From assembly GCA_000934665.2 (NCBI GenBank), contig KZ538815.1, forward strand, positions 1 to 46,341: DNA of 46,341 nt. The letters run 5' to 3'. This document shows, in pieces, positions 1 through 12,526 of this stretch. The notes beneath the pieces are model-generated. The model did no database searches. It was given only the letters and a program-made list of their open reading frames with translations, and was not told the DNA's origin. Each line of letters begins with the position of its first letter. Position 1 is the stretch's first letter. Both the position numbers and the translations under genes were made by a program. The DNA is from Catajapyx aquilonaris. Lineage: Eukaryota.

Positions 1-2065
1 GGGGGTTGAGGGGGTTGTGGGAGAGGGTTGTGGGGGTGGGGGAAGAGTTAAGCAGCGGCTAATGATCAACTCCTCGCCCGCCATCTTACGGGGATATCAA
101 CAAACACACATACACACACTCACACATGACACTCACATGCGGTGTTTACCCATGTCATGTGTGTAAATAATGATAGTACTGTACATGGCGCACTTCATGT
201 AGTCATCGAATGGCTCGGGAATAAGATGTGTACATGTATATGTAAGAGCCATGGCCTGCAGAGAGGCCATACTGGAGTCTATTGATTGCATAAACCCCGT
301 CATCCCGTAATCAGACTGCGTCAATTGTATTTACCGTGACGCACTGGGTCGCCCCCCGAAATATCACCGCCCACAGTACCGGTAGACTACACGCGCGACC
401 AGAATTTTTTTGCACTCAATTTTCTTGAGTGCATTGCGTCGGTATTTGCCCATTTCTATCCTGGCCGTTATGCAACCAGGACGACAGCCCTGCATGTTGG
501 GATGCGGCAGACAGGAGCTGAACTGTATACCGCGTAATAATAATAAATAGGGCAATTAAATTAATTACTCGATTCGTGTATTATTGTATAGAGGCAATTA
601 GCAATTGTTTACGTTTTGACTGGGGTTTGGGTGGCATGCCTTACAACCTCTTGCACAGGGTATTAGACCGTAAATATGTCAATCAAGCCACTCCCTGTGA
701 TAATGATCCAACCGATTCGAGTTCCAAGATACCTTCGATTGGGCCGTATCAAATCTCAGGCAATTAATCATACTTGTTAATGACGTAACCGCTCGAGGTT
801 CGGTGATGATCTCGCGGCGACCATAAGTTATGTGATTACAGACCTATAGTCGGGCTGCAGAATGTCGGCCTACTGTGGATTATAGAATGGTTTCGACTTG
901 AGCCTATATACACAAATTATATTTACAATCCAACTGATAATGTCATTCCAATCTGTTCAGATAATCTGAAGCCGTGCCTTACCGGTCAGATTATTATGGG
1001 GACTATATTTACAAGCAATGAATTCTTTATTACGCAAGAGGACATGCTTCAGATACACTCTAAGATTGTGGTATAAAACTCGGCCATGCAACTATAGGCC
1101 TTCGGTGCTATCTAGGATTCTAGGCAACTGTCAGTTAGTCGTCTACCAACGCTGCTGATTTCAGTCTGCTATGCTCTCGAAATTACTTTGCAAATAATCC
1201 TTGTATTTCTATAACCATTATTTGGTGTATTACAGAACATGTTTGATGAAGTGGGTAATTAGTTGTCATCAGCACTGGTCATCAGTGAGTAGGGATATTG
1301 GGATAAGCATGATGCTTTAAGTCCTGAGTCGGCTTTCGTCTTTTACTCAGTGGAGCCTGCCGGTAAAAGACCCAGCTTGATAAAGCGGAAATATGTTCAT
1401 TATACGGACTTCTCTTGGTCCCGACGACGTAGGTATTCTCTCGCACACGACGGAAACCTGTTCAGTGTGAATTTTTTTTTCCCGGAGCGCATGCAGTGAG
1501 GCCGCTGAAGATTTCAACTTATAAGCCAGTCAAATATAAGGGCATGTCGGCTTATACAGCACTTGTTAGGATTTCACATGCGCGCTTTTCCTCTCCATAT
1601 TACGGCCAGCACACCAATAAACAATATTAAAGCAATAATATCCTACTCATACAATTAGTGTATTTAAGGGGACATATCTGCATGTCAAAATGATTTTGAT
1701 CCACTACATCAGCACTATACATCAACGACAACACCAATCATGCTTCGGCAGTATACATATAGGTTTAGTGACCCTAAATTCAATATATTGTTTATTATTT
1801 ACAATTGAAATAGGCCTATTAATTATTTTGCAATACCTTTTCAGCCAGCTGGCATATTACTTTTATGGACGACTTTCATGCACCATTTTCAAAATATCAT
1901 GTCTAAAAATCTGTAATGAAGCCGCAATCTCCCTTCATCTATGGTTTGCTTTTGCATCCGAAATCCGAGAGGAAGTAGGCCTATACGTCAATTTTGCACA
2001 ACCCTGTAAGCGCGCAATCACCTACCGGCACTATCTTTTCATTGCATCTGCAGATCGACGATCTC

Positions 2066-2113
2066 ACAATAATGACTAGTTTCCGAGATTTCCACACGTC
2101 ATCAGATAATTGC
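2066..2113 (-). ncRNA. Degenerate minimal (Penelope-type) hammerhead ribozyme motif
   Basis: Minus strand: GCAATTAT-CTGATGA-CGTGTGGAAATCTCG-GAAA-CTAGTC^-ATTATTGT. The core is intact, stem I pairs 7/8, stem III is the palindrome ACTAGT, and stem II pairs only 3/5. Confidence 0.5.
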
Positions 2114-4370
2114 AGTTTTACCCGATTTTTCACATGACGAGTCCAATTATTGTTTCATTGCCGAAAATAACCTTTACTCACTGGAAAGAATCAAATGAAA
2201 TTTTGGAGATAGATCAAAATGCATAATTTGGTGAAGAGCAAATTAATTTTAAAAGAAGTCGACTGTAAGAATCCAACAGCTGACACCTGTTCCTAACCAG
2301 AAGTTTGAAGACAGATTTCGATCTAAGGAAGATGATGGGATTCCTTCCATTCCCTCCCGAGCTCCTGGAGTGCGCCCTCTCTCGATGTTTTTTCTTTTCT
2401 TTTCTTTTTAAATATACGGGCCTCTTATAGTCCGCGGGGTGCACCGTCACATACCCACAATTTCACTCGAAAAATGAGGATTACCATTGTTATTATTTAG
2501 TACTCAACAATATGATAACAATGGTAACAGGGGTCTTGAGCGAAACCCAAGCGATTAAATTTCCATGGATATACTTACGTAGCCTACTGCAAACACCTCC
2601 AGGGCAGGACGAGATAACTAGTAAAATCCGTAATTATGACTGCTGCGTCCGTCACATTGAAATGTACTCCTGGCGATAAGTATTTATCTTTTAAATTATA
2701 TCATCATAAAAAGTGATCTCTCTTTTCCTGTGTTAATAGGACGACCATAGGACGACCGAGGAGATGGTGCAAGACAACCCATACCAGCTACTTCAGGTCT
2801 TTGTCCTGATTGCTGCAATTTATGTAACTCTTTTATACACCATCTACTGCATAGCTCTGGCTCATCTTAATGCGCTCGTGCAACGTACGTAACTACTCTT
2901 ATTCTGTAACAGTGTAAGAAATATGGACTTGGAAAAATCCCTTTGTAACTATAGCGAAAATCAAAGGGGGAGGGGGAGCTGTGGGTTTCTGTTAATCTAT
3001 TGGTAATAGGTCACTAAGTTTTCCAGCCACGATGTTAGGCAATGATGAAGAGCATTAGTTTTCACGTGAATGCATATTATTAACAAGTTGAAAGTTGGGC
3101 ATGCCCTGCCGTTTAAAAAAAAGGGTACAGTATAAAGAGAGCAAGACAAAGTCCACAAATAATAATCAAAATCTTTGCATGTTGTCTAATATTGAACTAG
3201 ATGCCGCAAGCTTTTGGCAAATTACGACTCTCTGCCTCTACCTTGCCCTATGTTCCAACCTTCATGTAACAGTTGTAATTTGCAATCGAAAGTTGCAATA
3301 GGAAAAAATTTCACATTCCACATTCAGCCTAGATTACCCCAGAGAAAAGGGGTCAAGACACTGATAGAAATGGATAAGATTTACGCACCTACGGGATTTA
3401 TTCCCTAAATCTAAATTATTCACTTAATTGTCCAATCCCTCCTCCTTTACAAAACTTGACATACAAAAATTGAACACTTATTTATTGTACATATTTCCAT
3501 CAGGGGTAGAGGGATGATGGAAGCAAAGGTCTGGTGACTTACATGGTATCAGCACATCAAATGAAGAGGCAATGGTTGAGCTTCACCAAGCAGAAAAAAA
3601 TGCAGGTTTATTATCATTTCTTTTGGTCCCTGCCCCCAAAATGTAACACAATATAAATAAATGCAAAACAAGAAAATAATTCAGAGTGGGTGTAAGGGTA
3701 GAGACGACAACATGGTGACACCCAATCTTAACCATTTATCATTGTTGACTGATGGCATGGCCCAACATCTCCCTGACCTAAGAACACTCAGGTCAGATAA
3801 TTGTCATGTACTTCTAGCTGTCCATGCTTGAGACTAGACTGGAACGTTGGCAGGGTTAGAAACAAACACACAAAATACTGCGTCAAGACAATGAACTTGT
3901 GCATCACAGTAGCATCATACATCCAAATGAGAGAGAAAGATAGAGATCGCCAGTGACAACCAAGCAAATGTACTTTCTACTCAGCAAGATATTACTCTCA
4001 CATGAAACCTGCAACCTCAGCGTTACATTTGGATACCAATAAAATCGATGCGAGTAAACACTGATTCAGCCACCTGCCATAAAATGACACAACATTGGAA
4101 TAAAGGACATGATCACGCACAAAACAGCTTTACTTATACCAAGTAAAATATTATCCTGGTGGTTAGAAGAGTCAGATTGCAGGCTGCATGTAAATGTGCT
4201 ACAGATAAAACCATTACATCTGAAATGTGAGAGCGAATGTGAATTTCACAGCCTCGGTGCTAGGAAAAAAAAAGTCAAGAAATGGTTAGGGGCACATAAA
4301 TTTACTGTTGAGGTGGAAGCTTGTGCAGCAATTCAATCTGTCTTTAAAATTTCTGTCCTCCTCTATAATT

Positions 4371-6637
4371 CTATTCGCCATAAGGTGCAAGTGTCGCCAC
4401 CAGTGTTTTTGCTTCTCTTTGCACATGTTCGTAGTCTGCTTTCTTTTCTTCTGGGACATAATCAACATCGGCAGCCAGTTTCTTGGCGACGTCATGCAGC
4501 GTTCTAGCTCGCAACAACACCCGACGCATGTCGTCACCTAAAAATAAACAAGTATTTGGATCAAATATGTACAGCCAATGTTGCAATGGTAAATGTGGTA
4601 TTTTCGCTAAGACCTATAAAGTCGTAAAAATAGACATACTGTGGGAGCCCCAGGTGGTAGCCAAACGCAAGACCATCACTTTCAGTTTACTGCCACACTC
4701 AGTTCGTTTAAGGGCTGCTGTAATGACTTCCCCTGGTGCAACTGGAGAGCTTCTTGGAATTTCTGACAGAGCAGTAATTACTGAGGTTTTGTTGTTCTGA
4801 GCTGCTTGCGTTAGAACAGTTAACCCCTGTGCTGCTTCAAACTGCATCAGCTCATGTTCTGAGGTGGCCAAGGTAGAAAGTAGACATTGCAGACCTCCAG
4901 CCTGAATAATGTTGGCTGCTACAAGGCCTGCCTCGGAAGTGTCAGAAGGACCCATATTGCACAACACCCACGAGATCAGGCGGTTTGCTTCCCCTTCCAC
5001 TCCTGGGTGATCTGGTGTCTTACACCATCCGACCAACCTTTCCATGAGGCCTGGATGAAGCCCAACTTGGATAGCAGCGTCTTGCCGGCCATCCACAGCC
5101 ATACGAAGCGTTCCCAAGAGCTTGAACACAACTGGGAAGGCCTGTACTGGGCTGGGACCAGCATCCTCAATTTCCACGTCAGCAAGCTTGGTTGTGTTTT
5201 GTTCCTTAACGGGTCCACTCATATTACGTGGAGAACAAGGTGCACTGCATGGTTGAGCACCGCTTTGCCCAGAAGTAGATTTGGTGGTGACAACTTTAGC
5301 ACAAGATGCACTGCAAGGTTTTGGTGGAGTAATGCCTTGCGCATAAGTAGGTTTGGTGTCACTAACTAGAGCAGAATATGGGTTAATTTCTTTTCCACCT
5401 TCATTACCTTGAATAGGAATGGGCTCGTTAGTGTCAGAGCCACCATTCTCTGGTTTCTCTCCAGACACGAGGGGAAGCAGAGCCTCTAGCAATCCCTGTT
5501 CCTGAACCAGTTGTGCCTTGTTGCATGAGGGAACTGATAAGTTCCTAAGAGCTGAGAGTAATGCGTGCTGCAAGCGAATGTCCTCTGATGATAGCTCAGA
5601 AGAGAGCAGTGCTATGAGGTGACGTGACACACCTCTCTCAACCAACTGCCGACAGTGGGCATCAGACCTGGCAAAATTGCCTATTGCCACAGCTCCTGCA
5701 ACCCTCAGCTCTGCTTCTTGCGCTTCCCACTCCTCATCCTCCTCCTCATCTGATTGGACATCCTGAGGTGGATGGAGCCAAGAGAGGAGGCACTTGAATA
5801 CAGGCCCATCCCCATCTTGGTAAAGTAAGGTCATTGCTTCATCACCAGTCAGCACCAAGGTCAGCAGGTCACACCCCATCCGAACCAGGGGATCACTGGA
5901 TGAAGCAATGTGATCAGGGTCAGGACTACTTCTCCGCTTGCCTCGCCTCTTGTCCAGTAAATTGGCCAGGGTGTGGCAGACTCCTTGTTTTGCCAGCTGG
6001 GTCTTCACAGCATCAGATTCACTTTGGCTCTGGAGAAGATCCAAGCACATCTCAAGTACTTCAGGAGAGGAAGTGGAACTTAGAACATCATTAGCCACTC
6101 GACATGCCCTTGCATCTTCCAACAGGTCGCTACACAGGCCAAAATCTACCAAGGCGCAGAGTACTAGCAGGGCATTAGCTCGAAGCTCCTCTCCTTCTTT
6201 GAGCCCTTCCACTGTCTCTCCTTCCAGATTCCCAGCCTCTCCAGTCTTACCCTCTTCCAGAAATTGTAGCATGGCTGATGCCAATTTTTTTGCATCCAAC
6301 TCTTGCCCTAAAGTGGGTTCCCAACTGGACATCAGATTGAGAAGACATCCAGAAGCTCTCAGGCGAACACGTCTCTCCTCGACCCATGACAACGAAGGAC
6401 CTGATTCCTGTCAATAATAAAAGAATCAGTGAACATAATTAATAATACACTAATGAAAATCTACAGTACTTTTTACCAATCATAACTAGAAAAACTGGCA
6501 TTTCATGAGGGTGCAAAACATTTGACACTGAAGACGTAATGAGCTCTTAGGAAGCATTATATGACAGCAACAACAATAGCTGTAATTAGTTGTCAGCATT
6601 TAAATATCCTTATAGTATAAACGAGAGTGGATGTACG

Positions 6638-6699
<62 letters not shown>

Positions 6700-9600
6700 C
6701 AACAACAACAATAACAACTGAAGCAGTGGTGGCAGAGGGGATATGGTATCTGACTGCTAATCGAGAGGTCCTGGGTTCGAATCCCGGTGCCGGCAACTCT
6801 AACCGTGGTTTTCTGTGGTTTCCCACGGTTCCTCCAGGAGAATTCCGGAGTTGTTTCCTAAACTAATAGGCCACAGCCGCCTCCTTCCTTTCCTATCCTA
6901 TCCCAAAAAGCGTAGTAAAAACGAAACGAAGAGTTCCCGTCAAAAAAAACAACAAAAAAACAAAATCCCCCCTACAGAGCCGCCGGCTGATAATGGGGTA
7001 TGAATTATTATTATTATTATTATTATTATTATCATCATCATTAATAACAATAATACTAATAACAATAATAATAACAACAACAACAACAACAATAATAATA
7101 ATAATGTCACACCTATTTAAGCCACTTCCCGAGAACCGAGAGTGCAGAAATTTCTCACACCCATGCCTTACGTGTCCTTGAGTCCAGGAAAAGTCCAACA
7201 ACCGCAATTTTTGGAGTCTAAAATGAATGCCCCATGATAGGCCTCCTTGGGCCTCTTCGGGGATCATCTTTTGAATAACAGTCTTTAATCATTGCATGCG
7301 CTGTGATGGATTTGGATTGCGGGAGGAAACTGGAGAACCCCGAGAAAACCCACGCAAACACGGAGAGAACCCATTGAAACTCTAGCCACATAAGTATCCT
7401 CTGTCCGACCCGGGGATCGAACTCGGGACCTTAGAGGTGGAAGGCTGAGGTGCTAACTCCTCCACCACCGTGTTGCCCTTTCAATTATTGGAGTCTAACT
7501 ACCCCAAATGCCCCAAAATGGTTTTTCATGTTGTTATGTACCCACTGTTACCATTGGCAGAGACTGTTGTTGGTATTGAGAAATGAAATATATGATTGTG
7601 TTCCTGCTGCTATTACTGGGATTTTTTACTGTGGCATTTACTGCGACGTAATGTCACGTCCTCTCCATTCGAATTGAGAGGCACGGTAAGACGAGTACGG
7701 TGCGTACAGCGGCTCTCTAGCCATGCCGGTTGCACTGAACAAGGCGCTCTCATGCTCTCCCACCTTCCCACGCAAAGGATGGGGCCGGGCTTGGACCTCG
7801 GAAACCCCTCTTCGCGACCTGCCCATGCAATGGTGCACCGAGAAATGGCGGAGGATGTCGAGCACCGATGTCTCTGTACAGGCAGGAATGACAGCACGCA
7901 TACCTCATAGACGTCATCCTCATCGAAAAATCGCGAAAAATGTTTCTTGCGGTGGACAGACTGCTGCGTGAGGCCGGTACCGGTCGGTACATTACGAGGC
8001 AGGCGAGATACGTCAGGTACGTACAGTAGTACAGTGTGTCGTATACCTGTACTGTAGTACAGCACTGCACTGGCTGGAGTGCACAGTACTGTAACAGTAC
8101 TGTATCACACATCATGACAGGTGCATCGTCCTCGTACCGCACGTACCATAGCAATGGAGGAAGACGGTCTGAACATGGTAGCCATGGACCCATTGATCAG
8201 CCCCTGTGAAGTTGGTATGTGTACTGTCAGAACGCATACCGTGACTACAGTAAATGCTGGAACTGGCGCCTATTCGCTCATATGCTGTCATGGATGATCC
8301 TTCACACATTGCAATGAATGCTGTGCACTCTACGACCGACTTCACGGGAGCTGATAGACAGGTCCATGGCTACCATCGTCGGCTACCATGTCCAGAATGT
8401 CTTCCTCCATTGCTATGGTACGTGCACCTGTCCTGATGTGCGATACAGTACTGTTACAGTACGGTACTGTACACTACTGTACACAGGCATTATCCAGCCA
8501 GTGCAGTGCTGTACTACAGTACAGGTGTACAACATTCTGTACTACTGTACGTACCTGACGTATCTCGCCTGCCTCGCAATGTACCGACTGGTACCGGCCT
8601 CACACAGCAGTCTGTCCACCGCAAGTAACATTTTTCGCGATTTTTCGATGAGGATGACGTCTACGAGGTATGCGTGCTGTCATTCCTGCCTATACAGAGA
8701 CATTGGTGCTTGACATCCTCCGCCAATTCTCAGTGGTGCACCGTTGCATGGGCAAGTCACGAAGATGGGTTGCAGAGGTCCAAGCTGGGCCCCATGTTTT
8801 GCGTGGGAAGGCTGGAGAGCATGAGAGCGCCTTGTTCAGTGCAACCGGCAGCGGCATGGCTAGAGAGCCGCTGTACGCACTGCACTTGCCTTTCCGTGCC
8901 TCTCAATTCGAATGGAAAGGACGTGATGTCCCAACGTAATAAAAAATCGATTACTCCCTTATTTCTAATTGTTTTATAAAACTGACCAGGGTTATCACCA
9001 CCAACGATTTTTCCCCACCTCCTCGCACGTGCTTGACCCGTGACTCTGATACGCCCTGTTTAGGCACAACATTACACTGTGGGATGACATCTTTTGAATA
9101 TGTCATCTGGGATATCATTTAAAAAATCAATCCTGATTATATTGGCATAACTTAATCATGTCCTCAAGTAACGACACTGTAAATAGAATCATTATCAAAC
9201 TACATCATGTCACTGCAACAGAGAGGCAGTTCATTTGTCGGTGGAAATGGTGCAGTAAGAAAGAGGACTAGGTAAATATTAATGAGTTTTGCAATTCTCT
9301 GAACCCCCCCCCNCCCCCCCCCATCAGGTTTGCCTGCATGCTGGAAAGACATGCATCAGAGTTAGGCACAGATGTCCTGCTTCGGAATAATTGTCGTCTG
9401 TTGGTCTTTGTCTTGTCGTGCTATGGTCTGCAGTTTTAGACGTACAGTACAGTGCTGCACACGTATGATAACTAAGGACCATGTCCCCTAATGGCAAATG
9501 CCCAATGGGGTAAAATAAAATATAAATAAAAAATAACCAAGGACCATGTTTGCCCTTCGTACTTGGAAATTATCATGCTACTTTTTGATCACATTTCAAA

Positions 9601-12212
9601 AATGGACACGATGCTCCATATATATTTTATAAGCGCAAGAACATTGGTGTATCAGGTCCAGCAACTGTCTGTCACATTTAATACATTACATAATTTCATG
9701 AAATACTGGCACTGCACACCCTTATTCGGGCTACACCGGGTCTTGCTCATGTGACATGTTCTAAGCCGTCACTCCCTTGAGTAGAGAGCATTTACACTCC
9801 CTCTGATTTAGCTCACTATACAGTATAATATGCAGGTTTTACAAACTTTTTCATTGCTCAATCCCCATCAAAGAACGGGTCCCCTGGAATGGTTTACGTG
9901 CCCCTGATTCAGGGAAGAGCCCGAAAACTGCACTTCCTTGAGTCTAAATGACTAAAATTTAGGATTATCGTGTCTGCGGGAATTCTGGCTTACTTTACCG
10001 TATGTGGAAATAGGCTGTGCGAAAAATGGGCTCCACTGCTATATACGTAGTTAGGGGTCGTCCATATACCACGTGACCGTTTTGGGGGGAGGGNNNNNNN
10101 NNNNNNNNNNNNNNNNNNNNNNNNNNNNNNNNNNNNNNNNNNNNNNNNNNNNNNNNNNNNNNNNNNNNNNNNNNNNNNNNNNNNNNNNNNNNNNNNNNNN
10201 NNNNNNNNNNNNNNNNNNNNNNNNNNNNNNNNNNNNNNNNNNNNNNNNNNNNNNNNNNNNNNNNNNNNNNNNNGGGGGGGGGGGGGGTGCCAAAAGTGCC
10301 CGAAAATCGGTCACGTGGTATATGGACGACCCCTTATGCATAAAATTATTATTGTGAATGTCAGTCACAGTATGATCATCAGTTAGCCTCCAGTCAAAAA
10401 TGTGGTATTTACACTCTTCCAGTCAAGCTTCAAATAAAGTGGCATTTCCTTCCCTCCAGGTTAGTTTTATTGATATTTCAACAAATCAATGCAAGGATAG
10501 CTCTATGTAGTCACTGTGGAGTTGGAAACTATTATAATAACATAGTGTAACATGGTCTTGGTAATAAGAATAAATCGTGGCATTGAGTAACAAATTAACA
10601 ACACTGATGCAATGCAGATGGGAGGCCTAGAGACACCCACCTAATTTTTGTGGCCGTATCAAATGCAAAAAGGCCTTGCCAGAAACAGGAGTTATCTTTC
10701 AGGGATCACTACTTTAGTGTCAGTTCAGCTTTAAAAGAACAACACAGACAACATACATGTTGGGATATGAGAATTGGGCAAAAGATCAAGATTCTGTCAG
10801 TGCAATATGTTTCCATCAGAACAAAATGGTAAACCCAAGGAGAGAATGATGTCAAGGTCAGTCAGCAATGTCTACAACTCTACACTAACTAGTAGCTGAA
10901 GAGTCAGTCGTATGGCTTCACCTCTTCCAGAAGAAACTCTAAGTTGAAGATAGGGGGCAACATAAAGACTTGCACTAATTTATGTGGTGGTGCCACTGTA
11001 CTACTTGGCTGGTATTCCCAACATATCACACATTATAATTATTATTTTACCAAGCTCAATTTGCATATAATCTTAATATTGTTGATGATTCTGTGGTTTC
11101 AGTGCGATGGTAGTAGGCTCCTCTGCAGCCTACCATTGTCTCATGCCAGTTTGTGCAAATTTTAAAAAGTGCACTGGAAAATCATCTCTTGGCCCAAATT
11201 ACGATACACGTACAGGTAACTGTTGCCTGTCCGGGTTTGTGTGTGGTTTTTAGCTGTCCTAGTGGTCACCAGCCCAGTCCTTTTTGCCATCCATTGAATA
11301 TTATGGCAGCATGCATGCCAGCCCCCAGTCACTCGTATACCTATACATTGCTCCCCCTGTGAGCTGAGCTGACCTCCTCCACCAAGGGGGGTTGGGAGTG
11401 ACCGGGGCCTGATGCATGCCATTGGCCTTTATGACACAGCAAGTCTCTGCTGAACGAAACAAGATTGGTGCAAGGATCTAGTACTCTAGTTGGTAATGGA
11501 GGATGAGATACCATACATCTCCACATTGAGGTGCAATTTTCTTTGACCCATGCAGTAGGCTGTGTGAATGACACCTGACTACACAGCTGCGTTACTCCCT
11601 TCATGCAACACCATTATACAATATCCTCACATTGTTCTGCCCCGTGCCTGCCATGTTACTGTGTTCCGTGCCAGGTGAGGTCCTGGCTGCAGATTTCTTG
11701 ATGACCTCCTGCAGCTTGGTGATGGCCCCTGCCTTGACAGCCATTTCCCTCCCTCCGTCACTCTCGTAGCTGAGGTTCCCCAGCGCCCTGCAGGCCTGCC
11801 CAACGCTCTCCATGGTGTCCGGCCCTGCACCAGCCCGTGAGGCGCAGGACAGCACGGCAGCCAGGGCTCCCACCAGCATGTCTGCCTTGTCCCATGTGAG
11901 GAGTGCTCGTCGACCAGGGGTGCTCTTGGCCACGTCCGCTACGCCCTCTGCAGCCTTCCCCACCAGCAGGGGTGTCACGTTCCTGTCCCCATGAATGAGC
12001 AGTGGCAGGAGGTGGGTGGCCAGGTGGGTGGCGGTGGCCTCCGCTGTTCCGTCGGTGGCCGAGGTGGCGTCCAGCTGGGCCACGACGTCCCTGACAAGGG
12101 CCCCGTCCCCCAGCGAGGCCAGCACCTTGGCCGGGTCAGGGGTTCGAGTGGCAGTGGCCGTCCGCAGCTGCTCCAAGCGATGGGCTATGGGGACGGGCGC
12201 GGCCTGTGTCAT
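4371..12212 (-). CDS. RAP1GDS1: Rap1 GTPase-GDP dissociation stimulator 1 (SmgGDS / vimar), armadillo-repeat GEF/chaperone; about 838 aa from 3 coding exons
   Basis: Exons: 12212-11631 (ATG, MTQAAP..., donor AAT|GTGAGG, phase 0), 6407-4640 (acceptor ttgacag, donor A|GTATGT, phase 1) and 4537-4371 (acceptor tttttag, TAG stop). Motifs GKAAEGVADVAKS, QACRALGNLSYES, CDLLTLVLTGDEAM, GAVAIGNFARSDAHC, QHALLSALRNLSVP, VVFKLLGTLRM and HPGVEGEANRL match SmgGDS as I recall it. Confidence 0.92.
6722..7031 (+). mobile_element. tRNA-derived SINE in RAP1GDS1 intron 1
   Basis: A-box-like TGGCAGAGGGG and B-box GGTTCGAATCC. Body GTGGTTTTCTGTGGTTTCCC...AGGCCACAGCCGCCTCCTTCC is typical of insect SINE2 elements. 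It ends in a (TTA)n tail and is preceded by an (AAT)n/(AAC)n microsatellite at about 6638-6717. Confidence 0.8.
7060..7478 (-). mobile_element. tRNA-derived SINE with V-domain-like central region
   Basis: Minus-strand head GGGCAACACGGTGGTGGAGGAGTTAGC...GAGTTCGATCCCCGG. Plus strand GGGAGGAAACTGGAGAACCCCGAGAAAACCCACGCAAACACGG resembles the V-SINE core. It has a microsatellite tail and lies tail-to-tail with the preceding SINE. Confidence 0.7.
7651..8929. mobile_element. Long foldback / palindromic non-autonomous element (arms about 570-600 bp, spacer about 110 bp)
   Basis: 7654 TCACGTCCTCTCCATTCGAATTGAGAGG... is the near reverse complement of ...CCTCTCAATTCGAATGGAAAGGACGTGA 8926. Pairing continues to about 8218/8331. 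The duplicated opposite-strand ORFs in the track (7613-8065 minus vs 8674-8979 plus) confirm the symmetry. Confidence 0.85.
10054..10333. mobile_element. PIF/Harbinger-type MITE spanning the assembly gap
   Basis: Perfect TIR GGGGTCGTCCATATACCACGTGACCG / CGGTCACGTGGTATATGGACGACCCC, flanked on both sides by TTA (10051-10053 and 10334-10336). Confidence 0.85.
10094..10273. other. Assembly gap (N run)
   Basis: Run of N bases between two poly-G tracts. Confidence 0.99.
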
Positions 12213-12442
12213 CCCGGTCGTGCCTTGCCTTGTCTTTCCCTCCTCCTCTCCCACCTGCCTTGGAGCCGAGGCGGCCCGCACCCCCAAGAACACCCCCTTG
12301 CTTCCTCCTCCTCCTCCTCTTCAGCCGATTCAGGTGTCAACCAAGCAGCATCAACAACACTGTCAGATCAGCAATCGAATCGGACGACATCTTGCAGTGG
12401 GCAGGAAGCCAGAGCAGGAGGCAGACATGTTGGAAGTCCACT

Positions 12443-12526
12443 GTCACGTGGGGGGCAAAGCCCGCTTCCCTATTGGTCGGCCGATGGAAGTGCTGCAACA
12501 TGGCTGCCGCGCTCTAGGGTCACGTG
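12443..12526. promoter_or_regulatory. Putative RAP1GDS1 promoter elements
   Basis: Two GTCACGTG E-boxes (12443-12450 and 12519-12526), a CCAAT box (ATTGG 12472-12476) and a YY1-like CAACATGGCTGC, all in a GC-rich stretch 230-310 bp upstream of the ATG. Confidence 0.45.

Noticed and set aside
1..47. G-tract cluster with G-quadruplex potential
   Set aside because: Truncated by the window edge, and such tracts are common; there is no functional context.
1415..1470. Second hammerhead-like string (CCGACGA...GAAACCTGTT)
   Set aside because: The core is mutated and there is no stem I complementarity.
2570..2660. Possible non-coding first exon of a further minus-strand gene (GTAAGTAT donor near 2579)
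   Set aside because: Only a donor-like motif; no downstream coding exon is recognisable in 1-2500.
6722..6800. tRNA gene
   Set aside because: A and B boxes are present, but there is no intact cloverleaf and the sequence continues into a SINE body. The same applies at 7400-7478 and 45680-45758.
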